A model generated the notes under the pieces. It did no database searches and had not been told where the DNA came from. It saw nothing but the letters and a program-made list of their open reading frames with translations. A stretch of DNA of 27,028 nt from Promethearchaeota archaeon Loki_b31. Lineage in GTDB: Archaea; Asgardarchaeota; Lokiarchaeia; Sigyniarchaeales; SOKP01. Each line of letters opens with the position of its first letter. Position 1 is the stretch's first letter. Where the stretch lies: positions 1-27,028 of the forward strand of contig NJBI01000048.1 of NCBI GenBank assembly GCA_005222975.1, written 5' to 3'. A program made the translations under genes and the position numbers. Of the stretch, positions 8,583 to 17,123 are shown one piece after another.

Positions 8583-9689
8583 ATGACAGAAGAAACACAA
8601 GATTTATATCGTAATTTACAGATTCATTTAGACCAATTTCCAATAGGCTTTCCTGCCACAAAATCAGGCGTAGAATTAAGAATATTGAAATTACTCTTTA
8701 ATGAGGAAGAAGCGTTCGTTGGAACAAAATTGAATTGGACATATGCTACTTTGGAGCAAATCTATAAGAGAATAAATAAGAATAAAATGTCGATAGCTGA
8801 GCTAGAGAAAACGCTTGATAGTATGGTCAAAAAAGGCACGCTTAATTTTAAAACAGAGAACGAGACGAAATTCTATGCTAACATCCCTTTAATTGTTGGG
8901 ATATTCGAGTATCAAGTTAATAAACTAATTAAAAATTTCATAGAAGATTTTTCGGAATACCTAACAACTGTTTTTGGAGCCGAATTATTGGGGACAAAAA
9001 TATCGCAGTTTCGTACAATACCAATTGAAGAAAGTATTACCCTTGAAAACCATGTAGCTAATTACGATGAATTAAAAATCGTAATTGAAAATTCTGTAGA
9101 ACCTATTGGCGTAGCAAATTGTGTCTGTCGACAAAGTAAAGACCTAATCGGTGAACCTTGTAAACAAACGGATATGCGCGAATCATGTTTATATTTTGGA
9201 ACTGTTGGGCAATTGTTTCTTAGTCAAGGATGGGCGCGCCCTATTAATAAAAAAGAAGCTCTTGAAATCTTAAGGAAGGCTGAGGATAATGGATTGGTTA
9301 TGCAAGCGGGAAATACAGAGCAACCAGAATTTATGTGCGCTTGTTGTCGTTGCTGTTGCGAGATCTTAACCAAAATGAATCTAATCCCTCGACCTTCTCG
9401 AATAATATCGAGTAATTTTTACGCAGAAGTAAATCCTGATTTATGTACGGGTTGCGGTACTTGTATAGAGCGATGTCCAATCAATGCGTTTAAAGTTACT
9501 GATGGTATATCAAAAGTTATTCTTAAACGATGCATTGGTTGTGGAGTCTGTGTTCCAACTTGTCCCGAGGAGGCTATTCAACTCAAGAAAAAAGATACTG
9601 AAGCGATTCCACCTAAAACTAAGGAAGACCTTTACGCTATGATCATGAATAAGAAACAAGAATTAAGAAAAAAAAATAAAAGAAAGTAA
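8583..9689 (+). CDS. Cys-rich 4Fe-4S dicluster protein
   Basis: CVCR...C...C and MCACCRCCC cluster plus two CxxCxxCxxxCP motifs (CTGCGTCIERCP, CIGCGVCVPTCP). Confidence 0.88.
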   Translation: MTEETQDLYRNLQIHLDQFPIGFPATKSGVELRILKLLFNEEEAFVGTKLNWTYATLEQIYKRINKNKMSIAELEKTLDSMVKKGTLNFKTENETKFYANIPLIVGIFEYQVNKLIKNFIEDFSEYLTTVFGAELLGTKISQFRTIPIEESITLENHVANYDELKIVIENSVEPIGVANCVCRQSKDLIGEPCKQTDMRESCLYFGTVGQLFLSQGWARPINKKEALEILRKAEDNGLVMQAGNTEQPEFMCACCRCCCEILTKMNLIPRPSRIISSNFYAEVNPDLCTGCGTCIERCPINAFKVTDGISKVILKRCIGCGVCVPTCPEEAIQLKKKDTEAIPPKTKEDLYAMIMNKKQELRKKNKRK

Positions 9690-9709
9690 GAATAATTAAT
9701 TTTTAACTT

Positions 9710-10663
9710 TTATAATCTTTTACTGAGTATTTTTATCATATCCTTTGTCATCGCTTCAAGGTCGTACTCAGGATTCCAACCCCATTCTTCTCGAGCAAGC
9801 GAATCGTCAATTGTTTTAGGCCATGAATCGGCAATTGCTTGTCTAAAATCGGGTTTATAATCAATTTCAAATTCGGGAATATGTTTCTTGATTTCTGCTG
9901 CGATCTCACCAGCGGAAAAACTTATTCCAGTCAGGTTATAAATGCGGCGTTTTAATTTTGAATTATCTGCTTCTAAAAGATCAATCATACACTTGTTACA
10001 ATCTGGCATGTATAACATAGGCAATACGGTATCTTCTTTTAGAAAGCACGTATATTTTTTGTTTTTGATAGCCTCGTAGAAAATCTCCACTGCATAATCT
10101 GTAGTTCCACCACCTGGTAAGGTTTCACTGCTAATAATTCCCGGCAATCTTATGGATCTTATATCAAGATTATATTTATTATAATAATATTCTGCTAAGA
10201 GTTCTCCCGCTACTTTGGTTATACCATACATCGTAGTCGGTTGCAGCACCGTAATATTAGGTGTGTTCTCTCTGGGTGTTGTAGGACCAAAAGCTGCTAT
10301 TGAGCTAGGCCAAATAACTCTATCAATTTTGTAACTTCTCGCAACTTCTAGGACATTAATTAAACCGTTTAGATTTATATCCCAAGCTGTTTGAGGCATT
10401 TTCTCTCCTGTGGCTGATAAAATTGATGCCATGTGAAAGATTGTATCAATTTCATACTCAAAAATAACTTTGGCTATAGAATTCTTGTCTAAAGCATCCA
10501 AATAGATGACTGGTCCCGATTTTTTAATAGCTTCAGGAAGAGGTGTTCTCCTCCCAGTAGCTATTACGTTTTTACCACCGTACTCTTTCCTTAATGCCGG
10601 CACAAGCTCGGATCCTATCTGTCCGGCCGAACCTATTACAAGTATTTTTCTACTCATATTCAT
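9710..10663 (-). CDS. tdh: L-threonine 3-dehydrogenase, SDR/NAD-dependent epimerase type
   Basis: GSAGQIG Rossmann motif, PSSIAAFG, YGITK catalytic YxxxK and the GGGTTDYAVEIFY signature of SDR-type TDH; kbl is nearby. Start could be ATG 10663 or 10657. Confidence 0.85.
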   Translation of the reverse strand: MNMSRKILVIGSAGQIGSELVPALRKEYGGKNVIATGRRTPLPEAIKKSGPVIYLDALDKNSIAKVIFEYEIDTIFHMASILSATGEKMPQTAWDINLNGLINVLEVARSYKIDRVIWPSSIAAFGPTTPRENTPNITVLQPTTMYGITKVAGELLAEYYYNKYNLDIRSIRLPGIISSETLPGGGTTDYAVEIFYEAIKNKKYTCFLKEDTVLPMLYMPDCNKCMIDLLEADNSKLKRRIYNLTGISFSAGEIAAEIKKHIPEFEIDYKPDFRQAIADSWPKTIDDSLAREEWGWNPEYDLEAMTKDMIKILSKRL

Positions 10664-10782
10664 CAATTTTAAAGTTCATAATTCTGAGTAAATATAATGA
10701 CATTCATAATTCACTTAATTAAAAAAGGTTTATCCATTTACATAAAAATCTACCCAGACAGTCATTGGATAGTCTAATAAAG

Positions 10783-10800
10783 TATATAAAAAAAAAAAAA
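10783..10800 (+). promoter_or_regulatory. TATA box running into an A13 homopolymer upstream of the surface-protein gene
   Basis: TATAT followed by A13 (10788-10800); GTG start at 10812. Confidence 0.55.
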
Positions 10801-10811
10801 CTCATGTATTT

Positions 10812-11696
10812 GTGAACTCAAAGATAAAAATTGCACTAATTATTGTTTTAATAACAATTTCAGTAGGCATAAGTTCAATTCTTTTCAACGTATTAATTAT
10901 ACTAGAAACAAGAAATAATCCTATTAATAGAGCACCTGTTATTTCTAACTTACCCGATCAGACCGTATATAAAGATTATACATTATTAGATGCTTTCGAT
11001 CTTGATAATTATACAATTGATCCAGATTCAGACTTATTAACTTATTCAATCATTGGTAATACTAATCCCCTATGTGGTATAAGTATAGATAATGAAAGCA
11101 GAATTGATATAATACCTACGAGTGATTGGACTGGGTTTTCAAACATAACAATTCAAACATCAGATGGAAAATTAAATGCAAGCGATAGTTTTATAATTAA
11201 TGTAATCGAAGTAGAGTATTTCTTGGGGATAAAAGAAGGCGACATATTTATTTGGGAGGTTGAAAAGGTTAATATTACTAATTTTAATGACATATTTGGG
11301 TTTGAACCTAATTTTGGGGAAGGAGATTTATGTAAATTGATAATTCATGATATAAATGAAGATATTATCTTGTGGATTCTACAGGCTGAGTTTTGGGAAT
11401 ATGGTTCTAATTGGGAAGAAAGTGGAAGTGTTGTAAATTTTAGAATATATAAAAATCCCGCAAATTTTAACGATGAACTTTTTTTACCTATACCTGTTAA
11501 TATATATCTTCAAGAAATTATAACTCATTTTCCTGTAGAATATTATCTTACAGGGATGTCCCTATTTAAAGATGGAATAAGTGATACTGGTAAAGACTAC
11601 ACATGGCAGAAAGAATATAACACAAATGGAGCGATGATAACTGAATCTTTCCTTGATGAGTATGATAATGTAATTGTAAGACTTCGATTACTCTAA
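10812..11696 (+). CDS. Membrane-anchored extracellular protein with a cadherin/Ig-like domain and an uncharacterised acidic C-terminal domain
   Basis: N-terminal hydrophobic helix; NRAPVISNLPDQTV...DLDNYTIDPDSDLLTYSI...ITIQTSDG...SDSFIINV pattern of cadherin-like repeats. Confidence 0.75.
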   Translation: MNSKIKIALIIVLITISVGISSILFNVLIILETRNNPINRAPVISNLPDQTVYKDYTLLDAFDLDNYTIDPDSDLLTYSIIGNTNPLCGISIDNESRIDIIPTSDWTGFSNITIQTSDGKLNASDSFIINVIEVEYFLGIKEGDIFIWEVEKVNITNFNDIFGFEPNFGEGDLCKLIIHDINEDIILWILQAEFWEYGSNWEESGSVVNFRIYKNPANFNDELFLPIPVNIYLQEIITHFPVEYYLTGMSLFKDGISDTGKDYTWQKEYNTNGAMITESFLDEYDNVIVRLRLL

Positions 11697-11703
11697 ATTA
11701 AAG

Positions 11704-12201
11704 TCATAAGGCCGAGGATCCATTTTTTTCTAAATATATACTGAGAAGTAAACAAATGGTAAAATAGATAGATAAAGCAAATGGGAAACGAATTTCATTA
11801 CTAATATATAGGTTTCTATATACAGTTACATATTCAGGACATCCTTAGACATCCTTAGACATCCTTCTTTATTGACCCGTAACTGAGGGTCTTAACATTA
11901 CCATATAGGCAATGCTAAATTGGAATGAAATTCCTGTAATGCAGATTCGTAACCGAATGCTTTACAATCTATTTTTTGGAGTAGAAACCCTTTTCTCCAA
12001 TCGAGGGAACTCCTCTATAATATAACCAATATTTTATTAAAATCCCTTGCTTCTCTTAAATTCTTTAACTTTAAAAGATGCCGATAATACCCATCTTCAT
12101 TTTCCGCAAATAAGGTGTAATTTTTATATTGAAAAAAGGTTTTTTATCTTTTAAAACTGAAGTGAGAGAAGGTTTTCTAAATTATTTAATTTATCAATCA
12201 T
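11704..12201 (-). pseudogene. Possible decayed gene of unknown family
   Basis: TTTATAAT box (12227-12220) precedes ATG 12201 (MIDKLNNLENLLSLQF*); broken frames follow and end in a hydrophobic stretch (IRFPFALSIYFTICLLLSIYL). No homolog recognised. Confidence 0.25.
11838..11867. repeat. 3 x 10-bp tandem repeat GACATCCTT(A/C)
   Basis: GACATCCTTA GACATCCTTA GACATCCTTC read directly from the sequence. Confidence 0.9.
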
Positions 12202-12542
12202 TTAAAATAAGATAGTTCTATTATAAACATATTTTTTTCTAAATAAATACTGAGAAATAGTAAAATAAGCATTGATTAACATGCTTTACATAACACAATT
12301 ATTTAAATCTTGTCCAGTTTTGTCGAGATTTTTAGCAACTATGAATTACACTTATCACAGTAAAGATAATACTTATCAGTCAATTTGATCTTTTTTTTCA
12401 CCTTAATAGAATTGCGATTATTGTTCTAAAATTAGCAATTTAAATAGCCACAAAAAACGATTCAAAAATCTCTCAGAATTACTTAACATTTAGAAATAAG
12501 AGAACCCATGAGATATTTTCTCGTGCATTTCATCAAACCTTT

Positions 12543-14303
12543 TTAACTCTTTGTTTGTTTGTCCAACAAAGTATCTATAAAATTTTCAAGTTCCCTTTGT
12601 TCTTTATCTTCCTTTTCTAATTTGGTTGAACACTCTTCACATTTTTCCACGTTTTGCTCTACTTCTTTTCCGCAAAATTTGCAATAATATTTATGAATTG
12701 TTCCTTTATTTTTGAGTGATTTTTTTATTTTACGTAGTCTTGAGCCTGTTTTTATGATTTTTATTTCTTTTTTAGTATTTTGCTTTAGTTCTTCTCTATT
12801 TAGTTTAATATCTGGTTTATCTTTATCCTTTAATCTCTTTAGAATTTGTTTGTTTTTTATATTCACTTCTCCCCGTTTTAACCAGTGTCTTTCGATATAC
12901 GGAACCCAAAGTAGAAATGGTCTCTTTACAGAGTTTACGCGGGCAATGCATTGTCCTTCTTCTAGAATTGACAAATAATCTTCATTTTCCTCTTCAAGAT
13001 TCAGTATTTCACGGAGGAGACTCCTCTGCATATAACTTTTAAATACAATCAAAACGCCACAATTAGCTAAAATTTCTTCACTTACTTGAGGGCGTGTGGC
13101 AATTGAAATCAAACACTCGCCGGTACCTCGTTGTAAAAGTGCGATATCTTCTAAGTAAGTTGTCAATTTGGATTGGGACGATAAATCTTTTGGTGCAAAA
13201 TATTGTACATCTTCGATAATTGTCAGATGCTTTATGCCTTTGAATTGATACGCTCCTTGTGTGAGATTTTTATCCCATAAATATTTTAAAACCATATTTA
13301 GAAAAAATAGAGCATCTTCTTTTTCTCCACCTAATCGGATAATAGAGCTTAGATCGATTAGAATATTCTTGTCAAATAGTTCTTTTATGCTCAGTTTATA
13401 CCGTGTAGCAAAAATGGCTTTTAAAGGTCCTAATGAAAATCTTCTAATTCTATTCTTAATACTAACTAGACTTTGATGTAGCATAGGGATATTTCTTTTC
13501 TCATTTTCTAGATACTGTTCACATTGATTAAAAAATCCTTTCCAGTTTTGATATTGTGGATTACTACAAACTATTGTTAAAATATCTACTAAAACTTTTT
13601 GCATTTGTGGTGAAAATTCTGCGTGTTCGTCTAGAAATTGTCCACTCTTCAGAATGTCAAAAATTCTCTCCGCGTGAATTTCTGGATTAGCCCCCTCAGG
13701 ATTAAATATATTTATTGAGAAATTTTCTCCAGGTTTAATTATTAACAAATCCTCAATTATATCTTGTAAAAAAGTGTATTCTCCCTTAAATTCTACTAAT
13801 AAGAAAGGAATATCATAGCATTTCTTAAAGTTGGTTAAAAAAAATTGTAAAAAATTGCTCTTACCTGAACCCGTAGTACCACATACGAACATATGTCTTT
13901 CAAGATCTTTAAGTGAAAGAAAAAACTTGTGTTTCTTCCTTTCTTTTCTCATTATCTTTCCAATTTTAATAGAACCTTTTCTTGCTCTATATCTTGAAGG
14001 GGCTTTCAATTCAATAATGTCTTGGTCAGAAATAAAAAAAGATTTAATGAATACAAAAACAGAAAAAAATAGTAATAATTGTGAAAATCCACTAAAAAGT
14101 GCGGTTTCAACAGATTCTCCTATGCCTGAAAGAATAAATGAGCCCAAATTTGAAAAGAAAATTGAACACATGATTAACAACAAGATAAATATTATGTACT
14201 GAGATTTACGGGGGTTATATTCCCTAATCTTTGAGATGTAAAAGAGTATAGTGATTACAAATAAAATTAAGGTTAGAACGAAATAAATCTCTAAAGGAAA
14301 CAT
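12543..14303 (-). CDS. Membrane-anchored HerA/FtsK-superfamily (DUF87-like) ATPase with a C-terminal zinc ribbon
   Basis: Three N-terminal TM helices; RHMFVCGTTGSGKS Walker A; LTIIEDVQ Walker-B-like; QRGTG..ISIATRP; Lys-rich linker; CKFC-x8-CEEC. Confidence 0.85.
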   Translation of the reverse strand: MFPLEIYFVLTLILFVITILFYISKIREYNPRKSQYIIFILLLIMCSIFFSNLGSFILSGIGESVETALFSGFSQLLLFFSVFVFIKSFFISDQDIIELKAPSRYRARKGSIKIGKIMRKERKKHKFFLSLKDLERHMFVCGTTGSGKSNFLQFFLTNFKKCYDIPFLLVEFKGEYTFLQDIIEDLLIIKPGENFSINIFNPEGANPEIHAERIFDILKSGQFLDEHAEFSPQMQKVLVDILTIVCSNPQYQNWKGFFNQCEQYLENEKRNIPMLHQSLVSIKNRIRRFSLGPLKAIFATRYKLSIKELFDKNILIDLSSIIRLGGEKEDALFFLNMVLKYLWDKNLTQGAYQFKGIKHLTIIEDVQYFAPKDLSSQSKLTTYLEDIALLQRGTGECLISIATRPQVSEEILANCGVLIVFKSYMQRSLLREILNLEEENEDYLSILEEGQCIARVNSVKRPFLLWVPYIERHWLKRGEVNIKNKQILKRLKDKDKPDIKLNREELKQNTKKEIKIIKTGSRLRKIKKSLKNKGTIHKYYCKFCGKEVEQNVEKCEECSTKLEKEDKEQRELENFIDTLLDKQTKS

Positions 14304-14694
14304 TTAATGCTTATTCTAATAATACTTTTTTAAAATACACTAATTGTTTAAGTATCCAGCTCTAAAACTAATCTAAATACACTTAAAAATGTTAATTTTA
14401 TTCTTTATTAAATAATTTTTATAATTGATTAATTATTTAAGGCTTTTTATGGCTTCTTGTATTATTTGTTAAAAAATATTAAGGCAATAAAAGTAGTTGA
14501 TGAATCGACTATGAGAAAAATTAACAAACTGTATCAAACGCAGTTCGGGATGCGAACGGTTGAGATTCTGGAGATAAGACTTAAACACTATCTTGAGTGT
14601 CCTTTCATTATAGTTCCAAGCGTTTTGGAAGAATTAAAAAGTTAGTTATTATTCAAAGATCATACTCATATATTTCAAACAAATTTAAGGTGAT

Positions 14695-15885
14695 ATGATG
14701 AATAGAGATCCTGTTGCTTTTCTTAAAGAGGACATGACCGAATTAAGAAGAAGCAATCTAGAATGGATTATTCGATATTTAGAAGGAGGTTCTAAGCCGC
14801 ACTGCATTGTAAATGGAAAAGAAGTATTGATGCTTAATACAAATAATTATTTGGGATTAGCTACACATCCAAAAGTTGTTCAGGCGTCAATTGACGCTAC
14901 TAAAAAATATGGGGCAGGGGCAGGGGCAGTTCCTGTAATTGCAGGTAGTTTTGATTTAACCCGTGAATTTCAAGAGAAATTTGCTAAATATAAAGAAGTG
15001 GAAGCGTCGCTCTTATGTCAAACTGGTTTTGCAGTTAACTCAGGATTAATTCCTATGTTGGTTGGGAAGCCCGATATAGTAGTCTCAGACGAATTAAACC
15101 ATGGTTCTATTATTGATGGCGTTAGATTGTCTGGTGCGAAGCGGGTCATTTATAAGCATAGGGACATTCCAGATTTAGAAAAACAATTAAAAGAAGCTGA
15201 AAAAGGAGGAGCTAGAAGAATTTGCATCATTACTGATGGAGTCTTTAGCATGGATGGAGACATGGCTCCTTTAGATAAGATTGTTAACGTAGCAGAAGAT
15301 TTTGGAGCGATGATATTCGTGGATGATTGCCATGGCGAAGGCGTTCTTGGAGAAGGTAAAGGCATAGTCGCACATTTCAATTTGCAAGGGAAGGTTCACG
15401 TGGAAGGGGGCTCAATGAGCAAGGGCTTCGGAGTGTTTGGTGGTACCGTCGCTGGTTCTAAAGACTTAATTGAATTCTGTAAAAACAAAAGTAGAACATA
15501 TTTGTTAAGCACAGCGCATCCACCTGGAGTAGTAGCAGCTAACATCGCTTCAATAGAAGTTGTTGAAAGCGAACCTCAACACGTTAAAGCAGTCTGGGAA
15601 CATACTAACTATTTCAAGAAAGAAGTTCAAAGTATGGGATATGACACGGGAAGATCAGAAACTCCAATCATTCCTTTGATTATTGGTGATCCTGGTAAAG
15701 CTCAAGAACTCGCAAGAATCTTGTTCGAAGAAGAGAATATCTATGGCACACCAATAGTCTTTCCAATGGTCGCACGAGAACTCTCAAGAATAAGAGTGCA
15801 AATGAACGCCTTACTTACTAAAGATGACTTGAACACAGCTTTAAGTTCTATCGAAAAAGTTGGTAAGAAGTTAGATATAATTTAA
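14695..15885 (+). CDS. kbl: Glycine C-acetyltransferase (2-amino-3-ketobutyrate CoA ligase), PLP class II
   Basis: NNYLGLA, SDELNHGSIIDG, TDGVFSMDGD, VDDCHG and SMSKGFG (PLP Lys); SD AGGTGA at 14688-14693, so the start may be 14698; tdh is nearby. Confidence 0.85.
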   Translation: MMNRDPVAFLKEDMTELRRSNLEWIIRYLEGGSKPHCIVNGKEVLMLNTNNYLGLATHPKVVQASIDATKKYGAGAGAVPVIAGSFDLTREFQEKFAKYKEVEASLLCQTGFAVNSGLIPMLVGKPDIVVSDELNHGSIIDGVRLSGAKRVIYKHRDIPDLEKQLKEAEKGGARRICIITDGVFSMDGDMAPLDKIVNVAEDFGAMIFVDDCHGEGVLGEGKGIVAHFNLQGKVHVEGGSMSKGFGVFGGTVAGSKDLIEFCKNKSRTYLLSTAHPPGVVAANIASIEVVESEPQHVKAVWEHTNYFKKEVQSMGYDTGRSETPIIPLIIGDPGKAQELARILFEEENIYGTPIVFPMVARELSRIRVQMNALLTKDDLNTALSSIEKVGKKLDII

Positions 15886-15889
15886 ACAA

Positions 15890-15946
15890 ACTTTTTTATT
15901 TTCTTGTTTTTCCTTAGCTAATAGGAGAAAAGGCTAGCCGTTTTCT
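15890..15946 (+). terminator. Oligo-T terminator-like tract after kbl plus an inverted repeat
   Basis: CTTTTTTATTTTCTTGTTTT follows the stop; AGAAAAGGCTAGCCGTTTTCT dyad at 15926-15946. Confidence 0.45.
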
Positions 15947-16304
15947 TAAATGTAAAATAAAGAGAAAATAAATAAATACAAAACTTAGTTTATATAATTT
16001 TTTCGTAGTGCTTAAGTTTGTCTTTACATTTTTAACAATTTCCATGAAATCACTAGATAATCTGATCATTTCTACTTAAGCGGCATCTCTATGACCCGAG
16101 AACGCTATTCTTCCATTTTCAGAATTAAAGATTTGGGACATTATTTAAACATTTTAAATTTTTTAGGAAGAATTGGAATGCCAAGTTCCTTAATTGCCTT
16201 GAAATCTTCTCGTAGGGCGATGATTAACAAATCTAAAAGCCCACTGTCTTCAGCTAGATCTCTTTTTCTCATTCTATTCCCTTCTTCCTCTCTATAAGAT
16301 TATC

Positions 16305-16592
16305 TCATAAGATTTTTTCAAAGTCTTCTATAGTTAAATTAGAGGGAATACCAAGTTGAGACATCTTTAGAATGAGATCATGCAAAGGAATTCTGGCAAT
16401 TTCTGCTGCACGTTCAATGGAGATTTCCTTTAGCATATATTTTTGGAGAGCAAAATTTAAACGCTCTTGCTGTAATCCTTCAATTAAGATTTTTCTTACT
16501 AATGCTGATCGATCTAAATTTTCTTGTTCAGCAAGCTCCTCAAATTCCTTGATTAAATCTTCATCTAATCTCAAATTCATTTGTTTGGTCAT
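16305..16592 (-). CDS. UPF0175-family antitoxin with an N-terminal ribbon-helix-helix domain
   Basis: QMNLRLDEDL...LDRSALVRKIL RHH pattern; Y..KEISIERAAEIA HTH-like segment; ATGA overlap with the PIN gene stop and a GGAGG SD. Confidence 0.85.
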   Translation of the reverse strand: MTKQMNLRLDEDLIKEFEELAEQENLDRSALVRKILIEGLQQERLNFALQKYMLKEISIERAAEIARIPLHDLILKMSQLGIPSNLTIEDFEKIL

Positions 16593-17116
16593 TTAATTTC
16601 CTCCGTTGAGTTATTTATATTATTTTTAATAATTTCTTTTGCTTTTTTATAGAAGAATTTTACAACTTCTGGTTTTAATACTTTAATAAGAGCAAGCTCT
16701 TCGAATGATTTTGTAAAGCTCTCATAATCAATAACAGATTTTTTAAGAAGATCTAATAGAATTACTTCAGAGGTTTTAGGTTTTAAACCTATACTTAAAG
16801 CTAGATTTAAAGCTTTATGATCGTCAGTTACAAGAATAACTCCATCTTTTAGGCTTATTTCTATGGTATCTTTTTCGCCTTGTCCTAAATTTTTAGTTGT
16901 AAAAAAATTCTTTAATTTATAACTACTTTCCCTGATTTTTTTATTTTCAATATTTCTATTCAATATCTTAGCATCTTCAAATTGGTCAATCGCTTCTATT
17001 AATTCATTTTTTACAGTTTGACTAACAATTACTTCTCCTAATTTCGTAAGTTTTTCCTTTAAGTTAATTTTAGTCAAATATATTAATGAACAAGCATCAA
17101 AAATAAATTTAGTCAT
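16589..17116 (-). CDS. PIN-domain (VapC/DUF3368-like) toxin
   Basis: IFDACSLIYL, TVKNEL, LGQGEKDTI and LVTDDHKA acidic PIN motifs; coupled to the UPF0175 gene. Confidence 0.85.
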   Translation of the reverse strand: MTKFIFDACSLIYLTKINLKEKLTKLGEVIVSQTVKNELIEAIDQFEDAKILNRNIENKKIRESSYKLKNFFTTKNLGQGEKDTIEISLKDGVILVTDDHKALNLALSIGLKPKTSEVILLDLLKKSVIDYESFTKSFEELALIKVLKPEVVKFFYKKAKEIIKNNINNSTEEIK

Positions 17117-17123
17117 TAATTTT

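Noticed and set aside
11838-11867. Triple repeat as a CRISPR array
   Set aside because: Units are 10 bp with no spacers, and no cas genes are present.
11855-12016. RNase P RNA-like words (GAGGAGTTCC ... AGAAGG) on the minus strand
   Set aside because: Too short and AT-rich, and P4 pairing cannot be formed.
14564-14607. Glycine riboswitch call (TCTGGAGA and CTTTCA fragments)
   Set aside because: It lacks the conserved CCGAAG and CTYTCAGG core.
16079-16106. Hairpin containing ATGA as a SECIS element; Sec/Pyl recoding in general
   Set aside because: No SECIS geometry, and no gene here needs an in-frame TGA or TAG readthrough.
10506-16596. Short ORFs 10506, 12712, 13261, 13831, 15150, 16091 and 16372
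   Set aside because: Antisense shadows or motif-less frames.
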